Program-made: the position numbers and the translations under genes
Part shown: in pieces, positions 39,078 through 46,603 of the stretch
How the letters are laid out: the number at the start of each line of letters is the position of its first letter
Numbering within the stretch: position 1 is the first letter of the stretch
IMG/VR virus record: IMGVR_UViG_2825563536_000001
Location: 28,136 to 92,135 of that record
Source of the DNA: a virus
Taxonomy: Duplodnaviria; Caudoviricetes
Length of the DNA: 64,000 nucleotides
Reading direction: 5' to 3' (one strand)
The notes under the pieces: model-generated
What the model saw: only the letters and a program-made list of their open reading frames with translations
Told to the model about the DNA's origin: nothing
Databases searched by the model: none

Positions 39078-39216
39078 CTGAGCGCCGGTCGGCCGGCGGA
39101 TTCCTCTCCCAACCAGGGGGATTCCGCCGGTTTGTCAAGGGGTCGTTTATGACGTAATGTTCTTCATGTCAGGCCGACCGGGCCTGACGCCCCTACCGCC
39201 CCGAAAGGCAGGCATC

Positions 39217-39549
39217 ATGCCCGCGACCGCCACCCACCCCCTCACCTTCCGCCGCAACACCGAAGGCATCTACCGCGCCGAACTCGACGGCCTCCGCTAC
39301 GACATCAGCCGACACGGCAGCAGCTGGGTTCTCCGGGTCCGCAAGCTCACCGAGACCGCCGGTGTCACCCACGCGCTCGGTCAGCCCGTCATTGACGCCG
39401 ACCGCGCCGACCGCCTCGGCGACTGCAAGGCCGTAGCGCAGGAATACCACGCCCTCGCCGACGACTATCGCACCGATTCCAGCCCCGCGATCCACGGCCA
39501 CAAGTCCCGCATGACGACCGCGATCTGCAAGGCGTACGCCCGCCTCTGA
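39217..39549 (+). CDS. cassette gene, hypothetical
   Basis: promoter 39132, CCCCTACC, RBS. Confidence 0.7.
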   Translation: MPATATHPLTFRRNTEGIYRAELDGLRYDISRHGSSWVLRVRKLTETAGVTHALGQPVIDADRADRLGDCKAVAQEYHALADDYRTDSSPAIHGHKSRMTTAICKAYARL

Positions 39550-39568
39550 CCCCCACCGAAACGACGAC

Positions 39569-39603
39569 AGACCCCCGACCGCAGGGCACGCGGTCGGGGG
39601 TCT
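39569..39603 (+). terminator. repeated terminator hairpin with AGGGCAC loop
   Basis: AGACCCCCGACCGC-AGGGCAC-GCGGTCGGGGGTCT. Confidence 0.8.
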
Positions 39604-39609
39604 TCTCGT

Positions 39610-39895
39610 ATGTGCCGCAGGTGCCGCAGCAGGTGCGGCGCGCGGTGCCGCAGCCGCGGCGTAGGTGCGGCGCGCGGTGCGGCGCGACCCCGGTGTGAGC
39701 GCGGCGCTGGGGGCCTGCCGCACCGGGTGCCGCAGCTGCGGCGGGGGTGCGGCACCCCCTGCGGCATGGGGGTGCGGCAGTGCGGCAACCGCAGGTCAGA
39801 GGGTGCGGCGCGGGTGCGGCGCGCAGTGCCGCGCCCCGGTCGGCCCGCCGGATGTGCCGCAGTGCGGCACCGTGCCACGCCGCAGCTGCGGCGCT
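39610..39895. repeat. non-coding block 4 of GTGCSGCRC repeats
   Basis: about 19 TGCSGC copies; reverse TGACCTGCGGTTGCCGCAC at 39780-39798. Confidence 0.85.
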
Positions 39896-39963
39896 GACTG
39901 CCATTCGCAGACCGGATATGCGAACCTGGTGAGACAGGACACTCATGGATCGAGGTGGGAACG

Positions 39964-40218
39964 ATGCCACGCGAAGGCGACTGGTGGACGGCGCAGGACT
40001 GCGCCGACTACCTCGGCATCAAGCCGCGAACCTGGCACGCCTACGTACGTCGGCCGGGCGTCCAGAACCCGGTGCCGCAGCCCGTCGCGAAGTTCGGCGC
40101 GACACCGATCTGGAACTCCGACGCCGTCCGCGAGTACGCCGCGAACCGGCAACGCAAGACGAAGACACAGCACCACCCGCAGCCCCTACCGCAACCCACA
40201 CTCAGAAAGCGCGCCTAG
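39964..40218 (+). CDS. AlpA/excisionase-like HTH protein
   Basis: WTAQDCADYLGIKPRTWHAYV...PQPVAKFGATPIW. Confidence 0.7.
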   Translation: MPREGDWWTAQDCADYLGIKPRTWHAYVRRPGVQNPVPQPVAKFGATPIWNSDAVREYAANRQRKTKTQHHPQPLPQPTLRKRA

Positions 40219-41132
40219 TGAAGGTCTCAAGAGTCGATGCCGCCATCACCTACGTACTCGCCGCCGTCGGCCTGTGGCTGTCGTACACCGCCCTGGCCGA
40301 CCTCGCGCTGCGCGCCGGACTCGGCGAACTGCAGTCGCGGGCGTGGCCGCTCGTCGTCGACGGGCTGATCCTCGTCGCGACCCGGTCGGTGTTCACGTTC
40401 GGGAAGCACCCGTCGAAGCGGTACGCGTGGGGGCTGCTCGTCGCGGCCGCGGCGGTGTCGATCGTCGGCAACGCGGCGCACATCCTGCTCCCGCCCGGAC
40501 CGGTGCACCCGTTCATCGCGGTAGGCGTCGGCGTCGTGCCGCCCGTCACCGCGCTCGCCCTGACGCACCTCGTGATGGTGCGCGCGCGGGTGCGGGAGGA
40601 GCTGGAAGCGGCCGCGCCGGCGGAAGCGCCGACGGTGGCGGCACCGGCTGCCGAACCGGTCCCGGCTGCCCACGTGCCGGACGAACCGGCTGCGCCCGAG
40701 GCGACGCCCGAGCCGACCCCGGCGGACGCGCCCACGGAGGAACTGGCGGCACCGGTGCCTGAGCCGGAACCCGCGCCCGAACCTGTCCGCGTGAGCGCGC
40801 CCGCACCCGAGCCTGCCCGCGCGCCCGCGCCCGCGCCCGCGCCCGCGCGCGAACCCGTGACCGTCACCGCGTCCACGAACCGGTACTCCACCGCCGGGGC
40901 GACCGCGCTCAGGCAGGAGCCAGAAGGCCGCGTGTTCGAGCTGCGCCGCCCGCAACCGACGGCCGCGCCCGAACCTGTCGCCGACAGCAGCGAACTGAGC
41001 GAGGAAGAAGCGATCGCGACGGCGGCCCGCCTGCTCGCCGAAGGGATGTCCATGCGCGCGATCGGCCGCGAACTCAATCGCGACGAGAAGAAGATTCGCC
41101 GCTGGAAGAAGGAAGGACTTCTCACCGCATGA
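40218..41132 (+). CDS. DUF2637-like membrane protein with Pro/Ala linker and C-terminal HTH
   Basis: LSYTALADLA...AWPLVVDGLI...SIVGNAAH...VPP; four TM segments; HTH RAIGRELNRDEKKIRRW. Confidence 0.8.
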   Translation: MKVSRVDAAITYVLAAVGLWLSYTALADLALRAGLGELQSRAWPLVVDGLILVATRSVFTFGKHPSKRYAWGLLVAAAAVSIVGNAAHILLPPGPVHPFIAVGVGVVPPVTALALTHLVMVRARVREELEAAAPAEAPTVAAPAAEPVPAAHVPDEPAAPEATPEPTPADAPTEELAAPVPEPEPAPEPVRVSAPAPEPARAPAPAPAPAREPVTVTASTNRYSTAGATALRQEPEGRVFELRRPQPTAAPEPVADSSELSEEEAIATAARLLAEGMSMRAIGRELNRDEKKIRRWKKEGLLTA

Positions 41133-41404
41133 ACGAAACCCATATGTCCGACTTCGTCGCCTACCTAGACCCGCAGCCCGAGGTCTCCTGGACTGACGAC
41201 AGCCTCGACATACTCGACTCGGCGTGCGCCGTCGCACGCATCCGCGTCGTTCAGGAGTCGACTGGCGAGGAGGTCGGCAACGCAGACCACACCGACGTGC
41301 TCGGCTGGCACCCCGACAGCTGCGACAACGCGCTAGCGGCTGCAGGCTGGAAGCGGATAGGCGACTGGCGGCACCGCCTGTTCTGCGCCGTCGAACCTGC
41401 CTAG
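41129..41404 (+). CDS. acidic hypothetical protein
   Basis: ATGA overlap; followed by terminator. Confidence 0.55.
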   Translation: MNETHMSDFVAYLDPQPEVSWTDDSLDILDSACAVARIRVVQESTGEEVGNADHTDVLGWHPDSCDNALAAAGWKRIGDWRHRLFCAVEPA

Positions 41405-41408
41405 ACAC

Positions 41409-41458
41409 AAAAAATCCCCCGGTCCCGTTTTTTTTCGAAACGGGACCGGGGGATTTTT
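41409..41458. terminator. bidirectional intrinsic terminator
   Basis: AAAAATCCCCCGGTCCCGTTT...AAACGGGACCGGGGGATTTTT. Confidence 0.85.
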
Positions 41459-41510
41459 GAGGGCGTGCCCCTACCACAGGTCATGCGCTCGGGTTACAGC
41501 TTACAGGCAT

Positions 41511-41684
41511 TCAGTTGGGGTGCGGCCCCCTGCGGCGCTCAAGCTCGGCGCGGGCGGCCCGGACGATCCGCTCCTGAGTGTCCTCGGATATGGCGCCGGC
41601 GGGTTCGATGGTGAGTTCGTCGAGCAGCCACGCGAGGTCGTTGGTGTGCCAGCTGTCGAACCGCATCTCGGGTTCCGGGTCCAT
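41511..41684 (-). CDS. small hypothetical protein (possibly leaderless)
   Basis: ATG 7 nt after TACACT; plausible composition. Confidence 0.4.
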   Translation of the reverse strand: MDPEPEMRFDSWHTNDLAWLLDELTIEPAGAISEDTQERIVRAARAELERRRGPHPN

Positions 41685-41981
41685 GTCGCGGAGTGTAGGG
41701 GCGGGCACCGACACGCGCCCCAACCTGCAGGGTTGTCAGGCCGCTCACCTGCGGGCATATGCTGATCGGCAGCGCCGACCAACCGGTTCGGCCGTAGAAA
41801 AGAGAGAAGCCCCAGACCTTGCCGGGTCTGAGGCTTCGAGGTGGAGGGCATTCCACCCAACGTCTCGGCACTGATGCTACATGATCGGCGCCGCGGGAAC
41901 GCAAGTGCGACACACGAGCACCCGCACCTTCTTGGACGGTTCAGCCCTCACCTCGCATCTCGCGACTGAGAGAGGGCACCT

Positions 41982-43013
41982 GTGTCCACCACCATCCAGC
42001 GCGGCTATTCGCTGCCGCAGGACAATTTCACGATCGTGCCGAATGCGTGGCTTCGCGACGGCCGACTCACCCACAAGGCTCGCGGCATCCTGATCGAGCT
42101 GATGTCCCACCGGCCCGGCTGGTCGACGTCGGTCGAACGGCTCGCGGAGATTGGCCCCGACGGCGAGGCTGCGATCAAGTCCGGACTCAAGGAACTCGAG
42201 AAGTGCGGCTACCTGCAGCGCGCGCAGGTGCGCGGCGAGCGCGGCCGCATGGGCCAGACGGTCTACACGATCGTCGATCCCGCGATGAATCCGAGCGCGG
42301 AGGAAGCACCGTCGGTCGAAAATCGCCCGGCGGAAAACCTGCAGGTCGGACCGTCGGTCGAAAATCGCCCCACGGAGAACCCGCAGGTCGGACCGTCGGT
42401 CGATTTTCCGCTGGCGGATAAACCGCTGGCGGAAAATCGCGGGCTTAAGAAGATGAAAACCAAGAAGAAGAGAGAAGAAGAAAAAGGGGGGGTACGTAAG
42501 TCGGGAACGTCACCTGCGCGCGACGCGGCCGCCGCATCGACCCCCCTCGAGCAGAATCTCGAGAGCACCCTCGAGCCGCGGGAGCCTTCGGCCCCCAGCG
42601 CCCACCAGACGGCCCAGCAGCCCGATCCGGCACCCGTTCCCCGCCTGAGCCTTGTTCGCCCCGCCAGTGGGGAGCTGGCCACCGAAACGCCCCACACGTC
42701 GCGGCACTGCCCCCGCCACCCCGGCGGCACCTCGGAACCGTGCGGCCCCTGCAAGGACGCCCGCATCGCACACGACACCGCCGAACAGGCCGCCGTCGAA
42801 GCCGCCAAGGCCGCCCGCCTGCAGTCCGAACGCGACACCCTCGTCGCGGCCCGCCTCGCGATCGCCGACTGCACGCACTGCGACAACCTCGGCAAGCGGC
42901 ACGACGCCCCGTTCGTCGACTGCGACCACACCCCCGACCAGATGGAGCGCCGCCGCAACGGTGCCGCCCGCGTCCGGGCCGCCCTCGCAGCCAAGCAGCG
43001 CGCCGCCAACTAG
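41982..43013 (+). CDS. second replication-initiator-like HTH protein
   Basis: FTIVPNAWLRDGRLTHKARGILIELMSH...LKELEKCGYL; internal repeats; C-terminal CPRHP..PCGPC and CTHCD..CDH. Confidence 0.8.
   Translation: MSTTIQRGYSLPQDNFTIVPNAWLRDGRLTHKARGILIELMSHRPGWSTSVERLAEIGPDGEAAIKSGLKELEKCGYLQRAQVRGERGRMGQTVYTIVDPAMNPSAEEAPSVENRPAENLQVGPSVENRPTENPQVGPSVDFPLADKPLAENRGLKKMKTKKKREEEKGGVRKSGTSPARDAAAASTPLEQNLESTLEPREPSAPSAHQTAQQPDPAPVPRLSLVRPASGELATETPHTSRHCPRHPGGTSEPCGPCKDARIAHDTAEQAAVEAAKAARLQSERDTLVAARLAIADCTHCDNLGKRHDAPFVDCDHTPDQMERRRNGAARVRAALAAKQRAAN
42309..42439. repeat. 42-bp tandem repeats plus inverted repeat (iteron-like)
   Basis: CCGTCGGTCGA at 42309, 42351, 42393; CGATTTTCCGC/GCGGAAAATCG. 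Confidence 0.75.
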
Positions 43014-43042
43014 CCTCGACACCACCCCCAGGAAGGCCACAC

Positions 43043-43267
43043 ATGAGCATCATCGAGTCGATGGACGGCAACCTCCACCACATCGGCGTCGTCGACACCG
43101 CCGACGGCAAGCGCATCCGCATCGCCCACCAGGACGGCACCTTCGACGACCTCACCCCCGAACAGGCAGGCGACTTCGTCGAGCAGATCAAGAGCGAGAT
43201 GGCCGACTTCCTCGCGAAGCACGGCCGCCAGCCCGCGTTCGTGCGCATCCTCGGCCGCCGCCCCTGA
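43043..43267 (+). CDS. hypothetical protein
   Basis: AGGAAGG RBS; bidirectional hairpin 43277-43309 downstream. Confidence 0.65.
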   Translation: MSIIESMDGNLHHIGVVDTADGKRIRIAHQDGTFDDLTPEQAGDFVEQIKSEMADFLAKHGRQPAFVRILGRRP

Positions 43268-43313
43268 AACGACCGAAGGCCCCCGCACCGGTGAGGGGTG
43301 CGGGGGCCTGCAG

Positions 43314-44837
43314 TCAGCCGACGGCGAAGAAGTTGTCCGTGTCCGGGCCGTAGTAGTTCGAGAAGAACGCGCGCGCCGACCACGACACCACACCCGCGTA
43401 CGTATAGCTCGCGTTGTACGGGTACTCACCCGCCGAGTCGGTCCACGAGCCGAGCAGCGTGCCGTTCAGGTAGAGCTGGTACGTCGCGCCCGTCGCGATC
43501 ATCGTCACCTGATCGCCGACCGCGTACCCGCTGCCGCCGCCACCGACGCCGCGCTGCTTGAGACTGCCGTTGATGCACGTCCAAATCTGCCAGCCGTCAC
43601 CGCCGACCGAACCCGACACGTACGACGACGTCGCCATGCTGCCGCGCACGAGCGCGCCGGCACCGAAGTTCTGCGCCGACTTCTTCGCGATCGTCACCCC
43701 GGCCTGGTGGTCGGTCGACAGCAGCGGCGTCCGATGCCACGCAACGCCGATGAACTGGCCGTCCGAGGTGCCGGGGTTCGGCGGGCCGATGATGCCGCTC
43801 GCCTTCACCACCGGCGACTTGTTCGAGTAGACGTTCCACACGTTCGACGGCAGCGCGCCGGGGGAGTACGCGTCGAAGTCGTCGGCGATCTGCACGTACG
43901 CGTGTTGCCACGCCACACCGAGGTTTCCCTCGCTGCCCGCTGCGCCGCGGATCGCGGCCGACACTCGGCCCGTCGCGGTGCCGGCGCCCTCCCACGTCGG
44001 CTTCCCGAGCGCCCGCATCATCGCCGACGCCGTCAGCGATCCGAGGCCCGACATCTGCGGCGACATCGCCAGGATCGCCTTCACCTGCGCGCCGAACGAA
44101 CCCTCGGCCGAACCCTGCGGCGACTGCAGGCCGCGCGCCGACGTCGCCGAGTTCAGCAGGCCCGCACCACGGAAGATCGTGTCGGCGACCTTGCTCGTCG
44201 CGAGGACCGACGCCGTCAGCGACGCCCCGCCCTTGAACGACGCGTTCGCCCAGCCGACGAGCAGCGCGAGCGCCGCCGTCAGTGTCGCCCCGCCGGACAG
44301 TCGCGCGTCCGCGTAGGCGAGCGCCCGGTCGAGCATCGACGTCGTGCCGCGCCCGCTGAACGCGGCCTTGCCTGCGGATACGCCGATGCCGCCCTTGCGG
44401 CCCATCGAGCCAACGCCCTTGAACTGCGCCGTCTTCACGACCGGCCCCTTGGCCTTGAGCGACGCCGTCAGCGTGCCGAGACCGCCGAGCGCCATGACAG
44501 CGAACATGCGGGGGATCGCGACCGCGACCATGCCGCCCGTGCTGCCCAGCTCGGCGTCGGCCGTCGACCGGGCGCGCAGCTGCGCCCCGAGCGTGCCCTC
44601 GCCGTTCAGTGCGGCGACCCAGTGCTGCGTGATGATCGGAATCAGTTCGCCGTCGATCAGCACGCGCGGCATCTGCGGCAGCGCGGCCGCGATCAGCGGT
44701 GTGCGCGGCAGGTCGATCACGTACACCGGTTCGGTGGGCAGGTCGGCCAGCCATACCGGCACGTCGGGGATGTCGACCCGGCGCACCGGCATGTCGGGCA
44801 TCGGTGCGTCGATGGTGCGAATCGGCGACGGCAGCAA
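43314..44837 (-). CDS. minor tail protein (Gly/Ala-rich repeats + C-terminal lectin-like domain)
   Basis: G.G.L.A repeats; IADDFD...DNF domain; position after lysis cassette. Confidence 0.7.
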   Translation of the reverse strand: MLPSPIRTIDAPMPDMPVRRVDIPDVPVWLADLPTEPVYVIDLPRTPLIAAALPQMPRVLIDGELIPIITQHWVAALNGEGTLGAQLRARSTADAELGSTGGMVAVAIPRMFAVMALGGLGTLTASLKAKGPVVKTAQFKGVGSMGRKGGIGVSAGKAAFSGRGTTSMLDRALAYADARLSGGATLTAALALLVGWANASFKGGASLTASVLATSKVADTIFRGAGLLNSATSARGLQSPQGSAEGSFGAQVKAILAMSPQMSGLGSLTASAMMRALGKPTWEGAGTATGRVSAAIRGAAGSEGNLGVAWQHAYVQIADDFDAYSPGALPSNVWNVYSNKSPVVKASGIIGPPNPGTSDGQFIGVAWHRTPLLSTDHQAGVTIAKKSAQNFGAGALVRGSMATSSYVSGSVGGDGWQIWTCINGSLKQRGVGGGGSGYAVGDQVTMIATGATYQLYLNGTLLGSWTDSAGEYPYNASYTYAGVVSWSARAFFSNYYGPDTDNFFAVG

Positions 44838-44861
44838 CGGAACTCCTCGGGGCCGTGGGGA

Positions 44862-45206
44862 TTACGTCTGGACGTAGGTGGGGGTGATGAGCAGCTGGCC
44901 CTGGCCGCCGAGCGTCGTCGAGCTGATCGCGACCTTGTCGAGGAACGTGCCGCCCGACGCCGCCGACCACAGGCCCGCCCACGCGTACGTACCCGCCGGG
45001 AGGTCGATCACGACCTGCGAACCGTTCAGCACGCCACCGGTGCCCGACGTCCAGGTCGTCGGCTTCCGCGCGTAGCCGGGCGAACCGCCCGCGGCCTCGT
45101 TCGCGCCGGTCGTGCCGGGGTCGGCAGTGTGCACGCTGATGTGCGCGCCGAGCGCCTTGTACGCGTCGGCGAGTGCCTGCCGAGTCGTCGCCACAGCGAT
45201 CGCCAT
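44862..45206 (-). CDS. minor tail / tail fibre-associated protein
   Basis: SVHTADPGTTGANEAAGGSPGYARK motif. Confidence 0.75.
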   Translation of the reverse strand: MAIAVATTRQALADAYKALGAHISVHTADPGTTGANEAAGGSPGYARKPTTWTSGTGGVLNGSQVVIDLPAGTYAWAGLWSAASGGTFLDKVAISSTTLGGQGQLLITPTYVQT

Positions 45207-45250
45207 GTGAGTCTCCTATGAAGTTGTGGGGGAATGGGATTCGCGCCGAA

Positions 45251-45589
45251 CTACGGCGCAGGCACAGCGACGGGGCCGACCCGCACGACACGGCCGACGA
45301 ACAGGGCGTACTCCGTCGACGGGGTCGTCGCGTACGAGACCATGCACCGGTAGTGGGCGCCGGCGGGGATCAGATCGGCGAGACCGGACTGCACGACCCA
45401 GGTCGCCGACCGCGGCTGCACGTCGGCATCCCACTTCGCGAGCTGCTCGCCGCGCGGGCCGAGCAGGTCAATCCAGATGCTCGTGTTGTTCGGGAACACC
45501 GCGTGCCCGCTCGGCTCGATCATCTGCACGAAGTCGGCGCCCGAAGTGAGGGTCAGGGGTTCGGTGCGGGGCTGAAAGCCGAGGCTCAC
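45251..45589 (-). CDS. minor tail protein (actinophage family)
   Basis: LGFQP...LTLTSGADFVQ...GRVVR. Confidence 0.65.
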   Translation of the reverse strand: MSLGFQPRTEPLTLTSGADFVQMIEPSGHAVFPNNTSIWIDLLGPRGEQLAKWDADVQPRSATWVVQSGLADLIPAGAHYRCMVSYATTPSTEYALFVGRVVRVGPVAVPAP

Positions 45590-46011
45590 AGAGGCCGTCC
45601 AATCTCCGCCCGCAGCTCAGGCGACATTTCCGGTGTCGGTACGCCGCGGGCGATTGCAGTGTCGACGAGGTCGCGGAGCGCGCGGATCGCCTGCTCGAAC
45701 AGGCCAGCGATACGCGAGTGCTCAGCTCGCGTCTCGGCGAGTTCGGTTCGGGTTTCCTTGAGTTCGGCGCAGGTTTCGTCGAGCTGCGTCTGCATCGCGA
45801 CCTGCCGCGTCTGAACCTCGGTGAGTTCCTTGCGGCACTGCGTCAGCGTGTCGAGCGCCATTTCATTGACGGTCTTCGCGGCCTTCACGTCTTCGCGCGC
45901 AGAAGCTGCCGGGGCGGCGCGGCGGTCGGTCCACCACCGCAGCAGCGCGGCCGCGCCACCTCCCGAAACGAAGGTGATCGCGGCCGCGCCGATCGTCGTC
46001 GCGGAGGACAT
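45586..46011 (-). CDS. membrane-anchored coiled-coil protein (second lysis membrane protein)
   Basis: N-terminal TM then coiled coil; in lysis cassette. Confidence 0.65.
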   Translation of the reverse strand: MSSATTIGAAAITFVSGGGAAALLRWWTDRRAAPAASAREDVKAAKTVNEMALDTLTQCRKELTEVQTRQVAMQTQLDETCAELKETRTELAETRAEHSRIAGLFEQAIRALRDLVDTAIARGVPTPEMSPELRAEIGRPL

Positions 46012-46397
46012 CAGGTCTCCTCCGCGCGGTGCTTGCCGACGTACTCGGGTTCGGGTGCGGGCGGGTCCGGGTCTTCACCGCGGAACACCCGGTCCCATGC
46101 GTCGAACGCGTCGTTCACCAGCTCGTCGCCCTTCGCCGCAGCGAGGTCGAGCGCGGCCTGGTTCTTCACCGCCCACACGTTCCAGGTGCGCACGACCTCG
46201 AGGAACGCGAGCACGCCGGCGATCACACCGGCAGTCGGGCGGGCGTTGTCGGGCACGAGCGTGAGAATCGTTGCCGCAACCGTGGACACAGCGACCAGGC
46301 CATGCACGGCCGTCGTCACCGTCTTCGCGTTACGGCGGACGAACGCACGGGGGCCGGTGCGGGTCTCAGTGCTCGGGGCTGCCCCCTGCTGCGTCAT
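46011..46397 (-). CDS. holin
   Basis: two TM helices, NVWAVKN, C-terminal YVGKHR; downstream of endolysin. Confidence 0.7.
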   Translation of the reverse strand: MTQQGAAPSTETRTGPRAFVRRNAKTVTTAVHGLVAVSTVAATILTLVPDNARPTAGVIAGVLAFLEVVRTWNVWAVKNQAALDLAAAKGDELVNDAFDAWDRVFRGEDPDPPAPEPEYVGKHRAEET

Positions 46398-46603
46398 GCG
46401 ACCGCCCGAGCAATACCCGCGTTCGACCAGAACATGGCCTCTTCGATCTTCGTCATGGCCGTTGCCTTCTCGCGGCCGTCGGGCACGCGGGCGTCGACGT
46501 AGTCGGCGACGAGCCGGAACGCCTCGCGGATCGCCTCGTGTGCCTGCACCTGCTCGGGGCCGGGCCGGTGGTAGTCGAACCGGCGGCCGAGGTCGGGGGT
46601 CAC
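46394..46603 (-). CDS. Acb2/Tad1-like hairpin protein (putative immune-signal sponge)
   Basis: RFDYHRP...HEAIR...PDGREKATAMTKIEEAMFWSNAGIAR; coupled on both sides. Confidence 0.7.
   Translation of the reverse strand: MTPDLGRRFDYHRPGPEQVQAHEAIREAFRLVADYVDARVPDGREKATAMTKIEEAMFWSNAGIARAVA

Larger units (their letters stand above)
27916..39200. repeat. dispersed family of 18 class-A promoter/stem-loop elements (one divergent)
   Basis: -35 hexamers at 27965(-), 28328(-), 30153(-), 30546(-), 31209, 31664, 32261, 33219, 33784, 34791(-), 35320(-), 35437, 35870, 36429, 36927 (variant), 37292, 38154, 39132; consensus TTGTCA-AGGGGTCGTTTCCTGTG-TAATGT-TCTTCATGTCAGGCCGACCGG. Confidence 0.9.

Noticed and set aside
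27916-39200. Class-A repeats as a CRISPR array
   Set aside because: Spacing is hundreds of bp and irregular, both orientations occur, intervening DNA is protein-coding, and no cas genes are present
32295-39200. Conserved leaderless peptide MSGRP from the ATG in the promoter element
   Set aside because: ATG is replaced by ACG/TCG/CCG in several copies and is in frame with the cassette gene in only some; conservation is better explained by the hairpin
11140-39200. Class-A elements as Frpo-like single-stranded-DNA promoters
   Set aside because: The inverted repeat is short, leaves the -35 in the loop and does not pair the -10; an ordinary dsDNA promoter with operator fits better
27581-39603. 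Array as a true integron (hairpins as attC sites)
   Set aside because: Cassettes carry their own promoters, the hairpins lack RYYYAAC/GTTRRRY ends, and the integrase looks like a phage Int with an arm-binding N-terminus rather than IntI
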